Shown piece by piece: positions 30,606 through 50,264 of a stretch of DNA of 64,000 nt (positions are counted from its first letter, which is position 1; each line of letters starts with the position of its first letter). The stretch lies in assembly GCF_009914755.1 (NCBI RefSeq), contig NC_060947.1; one strand, 5' to 3'. The DNA is from the human T2T-CHM13v2.0 reference genome, Homo sapiens. The translations under genes and the position numbers were made by a program. The notes below the pieces were generated by a model. That model was not told the DNA's origin. It was given only the letters and a program-made list of their open reading frames with translations, and made no database searches.

Positions 30606-30956
30606 TGTTAGTCCATTTGTGCTGCTAAATACCTGAGACTGGGTAATTTATAAGGAACAGAAAGTTATTTCTCACAATTCAGGAGGCACCAGCAAGTTTG
30701 ATATCTGGTTGAAGGATCAGGTTCTGCTTCCAAGAAAGCATCTTGTTGCTGCATCCTCATTTGGAGGAAAGTGTAGGGACAAAAGGGGCCTACGCAGTTC
30801 CCTCCAGCCCTTTTATAAAGTCGTTTATCCTGTTCATGAGGGCAGAGCCCTCATAGCCTAATCACCTGCTAGGGCCCCCACCTCTGAATACCATTACATT
30901 GGATATTAAGTTTCAACATGAATTTTGGAGTAGACACAAACATTCAAACCATAGCA
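30606..30956 (-). mobile_element. MST (MaLR) solo LTR
   Basis: TTAGTCCATTTGTGCTGCT..TACCTGAGACTGGGTAATTTATAA...ACATTCAAACCATAGCA. Confidence 0.8.
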
Positions 30957-30984
30957 CATGGCAACTGATTAAGAAAAATAATGT

Positions 30985-30986
<2 letters not shown>

Positions 30987-31020
<34 letters not shown>
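30987..31020. repeat. (CA)n microsatellite
   Basis: About 17 perfect units. Confidence 0.95.
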
Positions 31021-31021
<1 letters not shown>

Positions 31022-32772
31022 GCTAAATGAATGTTATCTTATTTTTTTCACTTCCAAGCACATATGCCTGAAAATAAAACCCACCACCTCAACTTGGAAG
31101 GATGAAATCCCAGCTCCCAGTGCAGTCACCAGTACAATGGGTTTGGTCCTTATTCCTGGCCCCTTACTGCCCATCTCCTCTTTGATCCTGGCCTGTTACT
31201 ACTGGATAAGAGGAGAATAAGGATGGTGTGAGGAGGAGAAAGTTTGAAAAAGTAGCCACTCTTTCCCCTTATCTTGAGGGACTTTAAAAACAAATCTAGG
31301 GTCATCGGCAGGTTTTGCCCAGTCCCTGAGGAGGACATTAGGGGAACATGAGAGCACCCAGACTTCTCTTTAGTGGGTCATCAGTCCAGTCCTTGCATGC
31401 TGACCCGTGGTCCATCTGAGAGATGTGATAGGCCAGCCCTGCCCCTCATGGCTTCTACTATTACTAAGTAATACCAAAACCCATCCATAATTTAACTACC
31501 TCTGCTTCCAAGATCTTTCCACACAGAGGTAAGTGTGAACAACATCAGCCTTTGGAGGTTGAAACTAGGCAGGGACCATATGGCTTTGGGTGGACCTGAT
31601 GCTTGATCAGATATTTTGTCATGCACTATAAGGAATCTTGTTTTAAGAATAAATAATATGCATAGTCATTACACTTGTTAAAATAATTGTGAATAGTGAA
31701 TTCTGTCCCTTCTAGTAACTGAGAGTCCTTTCCCAGATGGAATCTTCTCACAGAACTGAAGGACCTTACCCATGGCCGGGTAGGTTTTGGGTTAGGTCTG
31801 ACACCAGAACCCAGGACGATCTCTTGAATTTCACTCCAGCGTCTGCTCTATCAGACATGGCATTAGACTGAGTGTTTGAGCCTATCAGAGACTCATAGAA
31901 ACTGTGCCTCTCTGCATTAACCTGCTTGCCAAGAAATACGTTAAAATAAAATCTAAATGCTATGTTGATTTGCTTGATCTCCCTCAATATTCACTTGGTT
32001 AATTAATTCAAATTAAAATGTGTAAGCACATTTTTCTCTTAACAAACTCCAACAACTGGGGATATCAGCAATCATGCTGAATTCCAGGGGCTGCTTCTCC
32101 TTTTCACTGTCTTTGAATTTCTTCTTGTGGCCTCAAACCTGAACCCATTTTCAACTCCATAGGTATGTGGTTTTGTAGACAGGAGGGTGACAGAGGGATT
32201 ACAATGGAAGTAGCAGTGCTATATTTGTGTTTTTATCCCATGTTGTTTGAAGCTGTAATTTGTTCATTTTCATTTCTGTGTTGTAATGCATTATAGGACT
32301 ATAACACTATTCTTCTGTTGATGAACATTTGCATTGCTTTATGTTTTGTACTTAATGATCAATCTTGTTCACATCTTTTGGTGGACATAAAAACTCATTT
32401 CTGTTGCATATATACCAGGAGTGCAACTACTGAGTCAGAGCATACATGAATGTTTAACCTTAGTAAATACTGACAGCTTTCCAAAGTGCTTTTTCAATTT
32501 GTAGTTCCAGCCAGAATGTATATGTGGGTTCTAGTTACTCTGTATCCTTACCAACTCTCCACATTATTTGTATTTCAACTATTATATGCCCATTTCACAG
32601 ATGGGCTAACCCCTGGGCCTAGAAGAGGTTACTTTTCTAAAGTAAATACCAAGTCTGAATTCTAGATTCTTTCCACTATGCCAGGTTTTCAACTTTTAGA
32701 TTATGAGTTTCCAGTACTCAAGTATTGGTTGTTCCAATTACACAGGATAACACTTTTGTAACTTTAAAATTA

Positions 32773-33082
<310 letters not shown>

Positions 33083-33344
33083 TTACATGCATTTTGAGTT
33101 ACCCCCACAAATGAATAGAATGATACCTGTACCCTGATATGCATCTATATTAGTAGTCACTCAACATCACATCTCAATGATGACGATTGTTGTGGTGGTT
33201 GAGGTTAAATTGTTTCCTTTGGTCTAAGACATGGGCTGACAAACTTTTTCCATAAAGGGCCAGAAAGTAAATATTTTAGGCTTTGTGGGATATCTATTTA
33301 TGATTTATTTTACTCCTAGTATTATTTCATCTTTTATACAGGTT

Positions 33345-34200
<856 letters not shown>

Positions 34201-34797
34201 GGTAAATAAATGGATGCAATATGCATATAGATATTCAATAGATCAATGTTGTTAATAGTAAAAGTATGGAACATTTCTAATGCTAATCAATGGAGAATTG
34301 ATTAAATAAACTTTGGTAACTCTAAAGAGTAGAATATTATGCAACCATTAAAATGTATAAGGTAGTCCTATGTAGACTGACATGGGAATGTTCTGAAGAT
34401 ATAGTTTTAAGTGAAAGAATCAAGTAGCAGAACAGTATATACAGTACAATTTCATTAAATATACAAATTGTATATGAAATAAGCATAGAAAAATTTAGTA
34501 AAATATAGCATACAACCCCACCCTCTACATTATATGTATGTTTGATTTTCTGTAGTTTTTATAATTAACAACATAGTAAACATTTAGCTACATATATCAA
34601 TAAATCTTAAAATTCTCATAACTTTTGATCCATTAATTCAAGTTCTTAGAATAAATCCAAATAAAATAATCAAGGAAATGTACTAACATATAAATATTAA
34701 AACATGCATAATAGAGAAAAATTATGTGACTTTAATTCAATCCATTATAGTGAAAATCTGCATATATAATACTTTGAAATAATCAATATTATGACAG

Positions 34798-36770
34798 ATT
34801 TTTATCACAGCTTTATTGAGATATAATTCTCATGCCATATAATTCGCCTATTTAGGGTGCATAATCCAATGGTTTTTTAATATACTCACAGAGTTGTGCA
34901 ACCATCATCACAATCAACCTTAGAACATTTTCATCACCTCAAAAAGAAATCTCATGCCCATTAGCAGTCACTAACATTTTCCCTTCAATTTCCCACCCCT
35001 AGCCCTATGCTACTACTAATTTACCTTCTGTCTCTATGGATATACCAATTCTAAATGTTGCATATTAATGGACTAATACAATATGTAATAATTTGTGACT
35101 GGATTATTTCACTTGGCACAAGGTTTTCAAGGTTCATTCATGTTTTAGCATGTATCAGCACTTTGTTCCATTTTTTTGCCAAATAATATTCCATTGTACA
35201 GACATACCATATTTTATATATCTATTCATTGAGTGATAGGTATTTAAGATATTTCTACTTTCTAACTATAATGAATAATGCTGCCAGGAACATACACATT
35301 CAAGTTTTGTGTAGGCATATTGTTTCATTTGCCTTGGGGATATACTTAGGAGTGGATTGTTGCGTCATAAGGTAATGCCATGTTTAACATTTTGAGGAAC
35401 TGCCCAACTGTTTTCCACAGTAGTGTGCCATTTGATGTTCCCACCTATAGTATGTGATGTTTCCAATTTCTCTACATTTTTGCAAACACCTGTCATTATA
35501 TTTCTTGTTTATTATATCCATCCTAGTGGGTATAAAGTGGTATCTCATTATGGCTTTGATTTGCATTTTCCTGATGGCTAATGATGTTGGGCACATTTTC
35601 ATGTATTTATTGGCCATTTGTATATTTTCTTTGGAGAAATACCTATTCAGATCCTTTGCCCATTTTAAAATTGGGTTTTTAAAATTATTTAGTTGTAAGT
35701 ATTCTCTATGTATTATAGATACAAGTCCCTTATCAGATACATTACTCGCAAAAATTTTTCCTATTCTGTTAGTTGTCTTCTCACTTTCCTGATGATGTCC
35801 TTTGAATCATAAAAATTGTGCATTTTGATGGAGCCTCATTTATCTATATTTCTTTTGTTTCTTGAGCTTTTGTTGTCATATCTAAAAAACCATTGCCTAA
35901 TCCAAGGTCATAAAGAATTACACCTAAGTTTTCTTCTAAGAATTTGATAGTTTTAGCTCTTACAATTAGGACTTTAATCTATTTTGAATTGTTTTGTAGA
36001 TGGTGTGAAAAAGAGGCCCAAATTCATTTTTTCTGCAGGTAGATATCCATTTGTCTCAGCACCATTTGTTAAAAAGACTATTCTTTCATAGTTGAATTTT
36101 CTTGGCACAACTGTAGGTATGAGGGCTTATTTCTGGACTCTCAATTATATTCCATTGATCTATATGTCCTTATGCCAGTACCACACTGCCTTGATAGAAA
36201 TCTGGAAGTGTGAGACCTCCAATGTTTTCCTTTTTTTTAAATATTGTTTTGTATATTCTGGGTTTCCTGCATTTTCATGTGGATTTTGGGATCAGCTTAC
36301 CAATTTCTGCAAAGAAGCCAGATAAGATTTTGATAGAGATTACACTGATTCTATGGATCAATTTTGGAAATACTAAGTCTTCAGATCTATGAATATAGAA
36401 TGGTTTTCCATTTATTTAGGTATTCTTTTATTTCTTTCAACAATTTTTTTTAGTTTTTGGTGTACAAGTCTTGGACCTTTTATTGAATTTATTTCTAAGT
36501 GTTTTATTATCTTTATGCTATTTTAAGTGGAATTGTTTTCTTACTTTCCTCTTTGAATAGTTCATTGCTAGCACATAAAATACAATTAATTTTTGTATAT
36601 CAATCATATATTCAGCCACATTGCTGAACTCATTTGTTAGTTCCTACAGTTCTTTAGTGAATTATTTGGGATGTTCTATATGCAAGATCACATCACCTGC
36701 AAATAGATAGTTTTACTTCTTTCCTTTCAACCCGGATGCCTTTTATTTCATGTCTCTTGCCCACCCTGAA
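34798..36770 (-). mobile_element. L1MB fragment
   Basis: CAGCTTTATTGAGATATAATT 3' end; ORF2 C-terminal fragment KMQIKAIMRYHF (track 35384..35617). Confidence 0.85.
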
Positions 36771-37452
36771 GATATCTGAATGTATGTCAGAAAATAAAGC
36801 TCTTCATTTTCCCTCAAATATTTAACTAATTATACAAATATAGTTTCTATAATAGCCTATTTTTTACTACTGATCAGAAATGTTTCCCTATCACACACTA
36901 AAAACTTGTATATTTGGGTGTGTTAGTGGGCTTTCTTGTTTTATTTCTCTTATTGTGCTTATTTCAGTACTATATTGGTTAAAATTGTAGCCTTATAAGT
37001 CATTCTGCTTCCTTGAAGTGTGAATTGTCCCACCAGGGATAAATGAAATAGCACGCCAGATAAGACAATGTAGCTAGCACAGTGCTGCTAACGTAAGTGG
37101 CATCTCTAGAGGGCAATATCACTTACTTGTGGCTGTCCTTTGTGTCCCGCCACACATAATAGTGTCACTATCAATTGGGTTGATGAACAGTTAATAAAGA
37201 ATTATTTTTACTGTGTATTAAGTGCCCAATATATAAGGATTAATTATTTTTATAAACCAAACACCCAAAGATAACCAGATTAAACGGGTATACTAAGAAG
37301 ATTATGTAACTAAACCTGTAATGATGGACATTTGTGCTGTTCCATTTTTTTTAAATTATAAACTAAGCCAATGGAATCACTATTGTAGTTATAATACAAA
37401 CAAAGAATAAGTGTTCAATAAATAATTGCTATGGGAATCTTTTTAACATAAA

Positions 37453-37709
37453 TTTTTTGAGACAGGGTCTGGCTCTTTCACCGAGGCTGGAGTGCAATGG
37501 CACAGTCACAGCTCACTGCAGCCTCTACCTCCCGAGAGCAATCAATCAATTCTCCCACCTCAGCCTCCCAAGTAGCTGGGACTACCGGTGTGCGCCACCA
37601 CACTGGGCTAAATTTTGTAATTTTTGCGGAAACAGGGTTTTGCCATGTTGCCCAGGCTGGTCTCAAACTCCTGGGCTCAAGCAATCCACCCACCTTGGCT
37701 TCTCAAAGT
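37453..37709 (-). mobile_element. AluJ-like
   Basis: Reverse Alu, CCTGGGCTCAAGCAATCC. Confidence 0.88.
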
Positions 37710-37763
37710 GAAAATTTGAAATATAAGACTACTTTAGCACTGTATTAATTATCTCTGTGGGTA

Positions 37764-41245
<3,482 letters not shown>

Positions 41246-41375
41246 TGATCTTCAGAAAAATTTCACCAACATATTCAATAAGAGCAGGGGAGAGTGCATG
41301 TGTCCCCAGTCCTTCAACAAATCTGTTAAAAATTTTCATGTAATCTAATCTATCAGCATTTGTCTCTTTGTTGTA

Positions 41376-41572
41376 CAGTCACACTGCGTATCGATTGGTC
41401 AACGACAACGGACAGCATAGAATACGATAGGCTATAGTATGTAGCCTAGGAGTGTAGTAGGCTATACCATATAGATTTGTATAACTACACTCTACGATGT
41501 TCGCACCACCACGAAATTGCCTGATGCATTTCTCAGAACATATCCCCGTTATTAAGTGGCACGTGACTATAA
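41376..41572. mobile_element. Tigger3-like DNA transposon fragment
   Basis: TA-CAGTCA...TGACTA-TA ends and GTAGCCTAGGAGTGTAGTAGGCTATACCAT motif. Confidence 0.6.
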
Positions 41573-41574
41573 AG

Positions 41575-42040
41575 GCCTTCCACACCAAAAGCTTATGTGG
41601 AGATAAACGGAGTCTACCCATAAGAGAACAAACAAGTGCTACTTATTCACAGCTTTTTTATAGCAAGGAAGTCAAGCCACCATCATTTGAGTCTGGCAGA
41701 GATTCAAAGACAGGCAGGGGAGTGGGAAAGCTTTATAGTGGAAAACAAAAACACAAAGACTTCAGCTACGCTCTGATTGGATGTTGTTGACGTGAGGAAG
41801 CTAGAGGCAGGCCAACTAGAGGCAAGCATCCTATGTGATTGAATATGGGTTCATATTTGGGTTTTTCTTGTTTGTCATCAGGTCAAAAAAATTAAAAAGG
41901 CCAGAAAGGCTAGCAAATTGATTAAAGTCCTGAACATTTCTGCAGATGCTATACTTTGGCTTTTTGAGCTGCTTGCAGCAAAGGTTGTGGGTCACAGTTC
42001 TATTTTCGTATGTGGTCTGGTCATTGTATATTCAGTTTCT
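41575..42040. mobile_element. Old LTR fragment (MER68/MER77-like) directly upstream of the TCEAL4 promoter
   Basis: GGAGTGGGAAAGCTTTATAGTGG..CTCTGATTGG motifs; family assignment uncertain. Confidence 0.4.
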
Positions 42041-42499
42041 CACTTAAGATAAATTAATCGTTGTTTTATTTTGCTTCAAATATAACTTTATTTTTTATTC
42101 ATTTGAAAATTTATGTTTGTACATGTCAGGAAAAAGGGACAATTTCATTTATTTTGGAAAATTTTTCTTAAGTTTTTTCTAAAGGGCAATATTCTATTCT
42201 TTATACAGTACTTAAGTTCACATTCATACGATTTTATCGGGTGGGTCTACGTTATTTCAGTGGAATTTAAGAGCAACATTATCAAGACTCCTCTTCTGGA
42301 CCGCCCAACTCATTAAAAAAAAAACTGTGATTTTCATTAAGATTCTTTCTTTGATTAATTTCTTAACAAGAAAAAAAGGACAAAAGGGCCCAGGGAGGTA
42401 AGAGGGTACCTGCTGGAGAGGTGGTGGGTGGCTGGAAGCGGCTGGCTAGGAGGCGGGGCGTGGGGCGGTGGAACTCCTGGGCTGCGGCATTCACGTGAT

Positions 42500-42611
42500 C
42501 TGCACGGGCGCAGATGTAGGCACCGGTCCGAGTGCCTGCCCTCTGTCCCCGCGGCTGGGTCTCGTCTGCTCCGGTTCCTGGGCTCCTAATTCTTGGTCCA
42601 GCTTCTTCCAG
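42500..42611 (+). other. TCEAL4: TCEAL4 non-coding exon 1 (start approximate)
   Basis: Donor CAG|GTCAGT at 42611/42612 just downstream of the E-box and GC boxes. Matches the BEX/TCEAL layout of two non-coding exons plus one coding exon. Confidence 0.72.
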
Positions 42612-43205
42612 GTCAGTGTGCGGGCCTTCCACGCTGCCAGCGGAACACTGGAATGGCGGAAGGGGAACGGGTACGGCAGGGGGAAAGGCTGGGGGTGGGG
42701 TCGGGTCGAGTCGAGGGAAGCTGGCCCGAGTGTGGACAGAGATGGCGGTGGGAAAACGGCTAGGGGTGGCTGAGGGGGAGCACGTAGGCAGTGGGCAGAG
42801 GGTGAGGAAGGCGAGCACCCCCAAGTATCCATGCTCGCTTTCCAGGCACATCCTCTTCTCTGCCCTCCGTCCATTTTGGAGCCGGAGATGGTGGGCTGGG
42901 GCCGCCCCAGTAGTGAGACAGTGGAAGTAAACCCCATCTGCCGTTCCCGTGCGTAGAGAAAAACGTTGACCGCGAGGCTGGGGAGGAGAGTTGCCTCTGA
43001 GGAAGAAGGGCACAGAGACCCAAAATTAGTTTGGAAAGCATCCTGATTTGGTGCCCGAGGCCTGGAAAGAAATGGCGGCTGGGGTGCGGCGGAGGTAGGG
43101 GAGGAAAACGTTGGATGAGAAGGGCCTGGACTCAGGAAAGGGAACCGCGTCCGTGTGAGCCCGCTGAGCGCGCAGACCCTGCCCCTGTCTCCTGTCTGTC
43201 TGCAG

Positions 43206-44310
<1,105 letters not shown>

Positions 44311-44692
44311 TGTCCCTGGCAGGCATTTACCAGGCCATGTGCTTTAACGTTACGGTAATACTTTACTTTAGGCATCCCTCCTGTTGCTAGCAGCCTTTTG
44401 ACCTATCTGCAATGCAGTGTTCTCAGTAGGAAATGTTCATCTGTTACATGGAAAAAATGTTGATGGTGCATTGTAAAATTAAAAAACACAACTTGCAGAA
44501 CCAAATATATGGCATCAGTACATTTTTGTAAAACTACAAAGATACTTACCTAGTAATATAGTATAGAAAACAATTCTGAAAGCTGTGTCCACTAAAAGAT
44601 TAACAGTGGTTATCTCTGGGTGATTTTTTCTGTTCTTTTTTGTTCATCTGTCCATTTTTCTCCTAAAAACAGATTTCTTTAGTCATAAAAAT

Positions 44693-44698
44693 AATAAA
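44693..44698 (+). terminator. TCEAL4: Polyadenylation signal AATAAA (possible proximal ATTAAA at 44478-44483)
   Basis: AATAAA lies ~380 nt after the stop codon, with T-rich sequence further downstream. Confidence 0.7.
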
Positions 44699-47489
44699 AT
44701 ATAAAGTATTGGAAAACAGTGAATATTTGAATTTCATTCATTTGAATAAGCATTCAAATGAACTGCCCAGTGAACTTATAAAGACAGTGGATATACTTAA
44801 AATTCTTGTGAGGACATAAAATGATAGGTAAAAGTTGCATTACCTCTGGGACTGGAAGCTGGAGGAGTCAACTCGATGGTTATTACAGAGCCATTGCTGT
44901 AAGGGACAGCCTTGACATCTGTGAAATGGGGATAAAATTAGCCTAGACATGTGGAGAAGATCAAATGAGGTATTGAGTGTGTGAGCTGTGTTAGGCTGGC
45001 TCCTACTCTCTCCCCTTGCACTAGCAGAACCAGTGCCCAGTCAGATACTTGGGAAGGGCTGAAGGAGGGTCTCACCTGTGCCCAGAAATAAGTCCAGACA
45101 GCTGAGAGATGGGTGCCACTCTTCCTGGGTAATGCCATACTTGAAAGGTAGTGTGCCCCTTCTCATGGATCCTGCACCCTCCTAAGGCCCCAGCTGCTGC
45201 TGGTGGGCTGAAGACCATGATGGACTAAGCAACACTGTCCCAACAGAAAAGTGGAGAATTCCCTCTCTACCTACAATAGAATTATCCTAACTCAGGTTGT
45301 TAGTACCCAATTGTCACTTGGGCCTTGATGTTTTATGAAGTTTTTACAAAACACTGCTTTCCATGTTTTTTGTTGATTTGTGTATATTTTTGCATATAGC
45401 CGTTTCCACCGGATTTAGATAGTGGAGATTGAGCCAGGAGGAAAAGCTGAGTGACGAGATGGTGTGCTATTCTCATTTGTTAATCTCTAGTCTGCTAACA
45501 CTTTTTTCTTAGGAATTGTCTCCCAGGAAATTTCTGTTAAGCCCTGCTTTACTATTTCAACAGACCCATCTACCTATGTGATTTTTTCCCCCTGGCTCTT
45601 GAGTAGCTTTTTATTTCCTTACAGTATTTTTTTTTAATAAACTTTTAGGATGGTTTTAGATCTACACAATTATTGCAAAGATAGTACAGAGTATCCCATA
45701 TGCACTGTCCCCTATTATTAACATCTTACATTAGTATGGTACATTTGTCACTGTTAACCAATATTGATACATTATTATTAACTAAAGTACGTACTTTATT
45801 TGGATTTCCCTTAATGTCCTTTTTCTGTTCCAGGATCCCATTCAGGTTACATTTAGTCGTCATGTCTCCATAGGCTCCACTTAGCTGTGAGAGTTTTTCA
45901 GACTTTGCCTGTTTTTGATGACCTTGACACTTCTACGAAGTATTGGTCAGGTATTTTGTATAATGTCCCAAAACTTGGGTTTGCTTGTCTTGTGATTACA
46001 CAGGCATTATGTGTTTTGGGAAGAAGACCAGAGGTAAAATGCCATTCTCATCATATAAAGGGGACATACCATCAATATATTTACCACTGTTCTTATCCTT
46101 GGTAACCTGACTGAAGTAGTGTTTGTCAGGTTTCTCCAAGGTTAAGTTTTATTTTTCCCTTTCCATACTGTATTCTTTGGAATAAAGTCACTATTGGCAG
46201 CCCACACTTAAGGAGTAGGGCATTATTACCTCCTTGAAGGCAGAGTATTGACAAAAATTATTTGGAATCCTTCTGCAGAGGATATTTGACTCTTATTCCC
46301 CACTTATTTATATATTCAGTTTATTTGTATCAATGTAGACTCATGACTATTTTATACTTTGGATTAACGCAATACTACTTTACATGTTTTTGCTCAAATT
46401 GTTCCAGCTTTGGTCATTGGGAGCTTTCAGTTGGCTCCTGTATTCATTTGACACGCTTCCATTGTTATGTTGTAGAGGGTTTTTTTTTTTTTTTAGTATT
46501 TACTTACATTCTGGCACTACAAGATGCTATAGCTTTATCTTTCATATTGCCCAAGTCCTAGAATTAGCCATTTCTCCAAGTAGCCCTGGTATCTTATGTT
46601 GGAGAATGGTGTTAGAAAAACAAGATCTGGGTGCTAGACATACTGATTGCTGCTGAAATATAATTGCTTCTAGGCCCTCTCAGTTGACATAGCAAAAAGA
46701 TATATGTGTATATAATACCCATACATATATAAAGTATTTATGGAAATATAAATATTTCTGTATATAACCATCTGTATTTATATAAGGCTAAACATAAATT
46801 TATACTAGTGTCTCCAACTACAGTCTATTACTGCATGGATCATTCTAGCCTCCCCTTGCTTATTTGTAACCTTCTACTCCAACTGTGAGAAACCTGTCTC
46901 CTACTATCTGCCATCCATTTTACTAATTGTTTATTAATTATATAAATATATAGTGGCTTCAAAATTGTAAACCTGTGCCCCTGTGGAAAACAACTTTATC
47001 AACTGGAGTAGAGTGCTATGTACAGTTCCTTTTGCCTTTGGTCTTACAGACTCCACTCATTTCCAAATTTACCTATGTCAGTACCTTATTCCCCCATCCC
47101 TTTCAGTGAGATTGTTTCATACATTTGTGATACATTAAAATTCTTTTCTCACATTCTGCATTTGGGGACTGCTATTGTAAATGGTACTTTTACATTTCAA
47201 GTTCTAATTGTTCATTACTAGTATATAGGAAAGCAACTGACTTTTGTATATTAATCTTGTATGCTGGGACTTTGCACCAGGCATTTGTCAGTTCTTTGGC
47301 AGCCATGTCAACTGCAGATAAAGACAGTTTATTTCTTCCTTTCCCATCTGTATATGTTTTATTTCCCTTAAAAAAATTTATTTTGTAGAATTGGTACATT
47401 TCATCTATATTAACAAATTTGTAGGCATAGAGTTGTTCATATTAACTTCTTAATGTCCATGGGATCAATAATGATAACTCCACCTTCAT

Positions 47490-47616
47490 TTCTTTTTTTA
47501 AATTTTTTGTAGAGCTATGTTGCCCAGGCTGGTCTCAAACACCTGAGCCAAAGCGATCCTCCAGCCTCAGCCTCCCAAAGTGCTGAGATTAGAGGTATGA
47601 GCCACAACGCTTGGCC
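47490..47616 (-). mobile_element. Alu monomer (FLAM/AluJ left arm)
   Basis: Single arm with CCTTCATTTC / CCTCATTTC flanks. Confidence 0.75.
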
Positions 47617-48032
47617 TCATTTCTGATATTGTTAATTTGTCGTCTGTCTTTGTTCTTGGTTAGCTTGGTAAGTAATCTGTCAATTTTATTTACGCTTTTT
47701 GAAGAACCAGCTTGTGGTTTCATTGATTTCCTCTGTTGTTTTCCTGTTTTCAGGTTCATTTATTTCTTCTCTAATTTTTACTATATCTTTTGTTTGCTCT
47801 AGGCTTAAATTACTTCTCTTTCTCTAGTTTCCTAATTTGAAAGCTTAGATTATTGATTGTAGATTTTTCCTTTCTCATATATGCGTTTAAGCTAGAAATT
47901 TTCCCCTAAGCACTGCTTTAGGGAATCCCACAAATTTGGTATGTTGTATTTTCATTTACTTCAAAATACTTTTACATTTCTCTTGAGGATTCTTCTTTGA
48001 ATTGTGTTATTTAGAAGTATGTTTAACTTCCA

Positions 48033-48466
<434 letters not shown>

Positions 48467-48984
48467 TCATTTAGTTCAAAATATTTTGCAAAGTAATTAA
48501 ATGTTTATTAATAACAACTAGGTACAGATGAACCTATACTGAATCATAGCTTCCCTGTGGATTTTTTTTTATGATTCTACAAAAAGAACATTTATATACT
48601 ACAGCAAATTCTCCATTTCTCTCCTTTACACCTTTCTTGCACATTGTGAGTGCTTTTTCACTTCTCTAATTCTAAATTCTTGAAAAATTCCTTCTCTAAT
48701 CTCCTGCTCTCATGGTTTTAACTCGTTCTATGTTTTCCTCCTCAGTATTAATAAACAGATTGGCAAATTATTTTGCTAAGTCACCCCCTTTCTCTATTAC
48801 CAATCTGCTCCTGTTTTCCACCCATAACCATCAATTTTTCATTAGCCCAAAAGAACAAATCTGTCCAGAAAGGACCATCTTCAAAGAATGGGTAAGGGGA
48901 AGAAAATAAAGTAGCAAAGTAACAAGTTTCTTTAATGTTGGAGGGTAAGGTAAAAATTGGCAAAAATCCATACATTAACCATAC

Positions 48985-49158
48985 CAGTCTGTTCGGGTTG
49001 CTATAATAAAATACCATAGTCTGGGTGGCTTATAAACAACAGCAATATTTTTTTCCTCACAGTTCTGGAAGTCTGGAAGTCCAAGATCAGGTACCAGCAT
49101 GGTTGGGTTCTTGTGAGGGTCCTCTTTCAAGTTGCAGACTGTGAACTTCTTGCTGTGT
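48985..49158 (-). mobile_element. Truncated MaLR LTR (MLT1A/MST-like)
   Basis: AGTCTGTTCGGGTTGCTATAATAAAATACCATAGTCTGGGTGGCTTATAAACAACAG; stops abruptly at the L1 poly-T. Confidence 0.75.
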
Positions 49159-49578
49159 CTTTTTTTTTTTTTACTACTTTAAGTTCTGGGGTACATAAGC
49201 AGAACGTGCAGGTTTGTTACATAGGTATACATGTTCCATGGTGGTTTGCCACACCCATCAACCCGTTACCTATATTAGGTATTTCTCCTAATGCTATCCC
49301 TCCCTTACCCCCCACCTCCTGACAGGCCCTGGTGTGTGATGCTGCCCTCCCTGTGTCCATGTGTTCTCATTGATCAACTCCCACTTATAAGTGAGAACAT
49401 GCAGTATTTGGTTTTCTGTTCTTGTGTTAGTTTGCTGAGAATGATGGTTTCAGGCATCATCCATGTCCCTGCAAAGGACATGAACTCATCCTTTTTTATG
49501 GGTGCATAGTATTCTATGGTGTATATGTGTCACATTTTCTTAATCCAGTCTATCATTGATGGGCATTTGGGTTGGTTC
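49159..49578 (-). mobile_element. L1PA 3' end (L1PA7/8-like)
   Basis: Poly-T then ATACTTTAAGTTCTGGG..GCAGGTTTGTTACATAGG..GCAAAGGACATGAACTCATCC. Confidence 0.9.
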
Positions 49579-50264
49579 ATTTCTTTTGAGAGCTCTTTTT
49601 GAGCTGTATTATTTAGACGTATCTTTAATTTCCAGATATTTGTTTTCCATCTATCTTTCTGTTACTGATTTTTAGTTTAATTTTATTGAGAGCATACTTG
49701 TGATTTCTCTTATTTTTAGTTTGTCATGGTATCTTTTATGGACCAGAATATGTTCTCTCTTGGTGAATTTTCTATGTGAGCTTGAAAAAAATGGTGTTCT
49801 GCTGTTGGGGTGTTCTGTAAATTAGATGAAGTGTCATTTAGCTAAAGTTGATTAGTATGCCTTTCAGATCAACTATATCCATATTGATTTTCTGCCTGCT
49901 TAATCTATCAATTACTGAGTGGCAGGAGGGGTTATTGAAGTCTGCAACTCTAATAATGGATTTTTGTCTATTTCTCCTTTCATTTCTATTAGTGTTTGCC
50001 TCACATATGTTGACACTCTATTGTTAGGTACATAACTAATTATAATTATTATGTGTTGGAGAATTGTTCCCTTTATCATTATGTAATGCCCCTTTTTATC
50101 TCTGATAATTGTCTTTGTTCTGAAGTCAGTTCTGTCTAAAATTATATAGCTACTCCAGCTTTCTTTTCATTAGTGTAGTAGGATATATCTTTCTCTATTG
50201 CTTTATGTTTAACCTCTCAGTCTTATGTTTAAAGTGGGCTTCTTGTAGACAACAGGTAGTTGGG

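Noticed and set aside
31521-31535. Perfect splice donor GAG|GTAAGT
   Set aside because: Isolated; I could not define a convincing exon or promoter for it.
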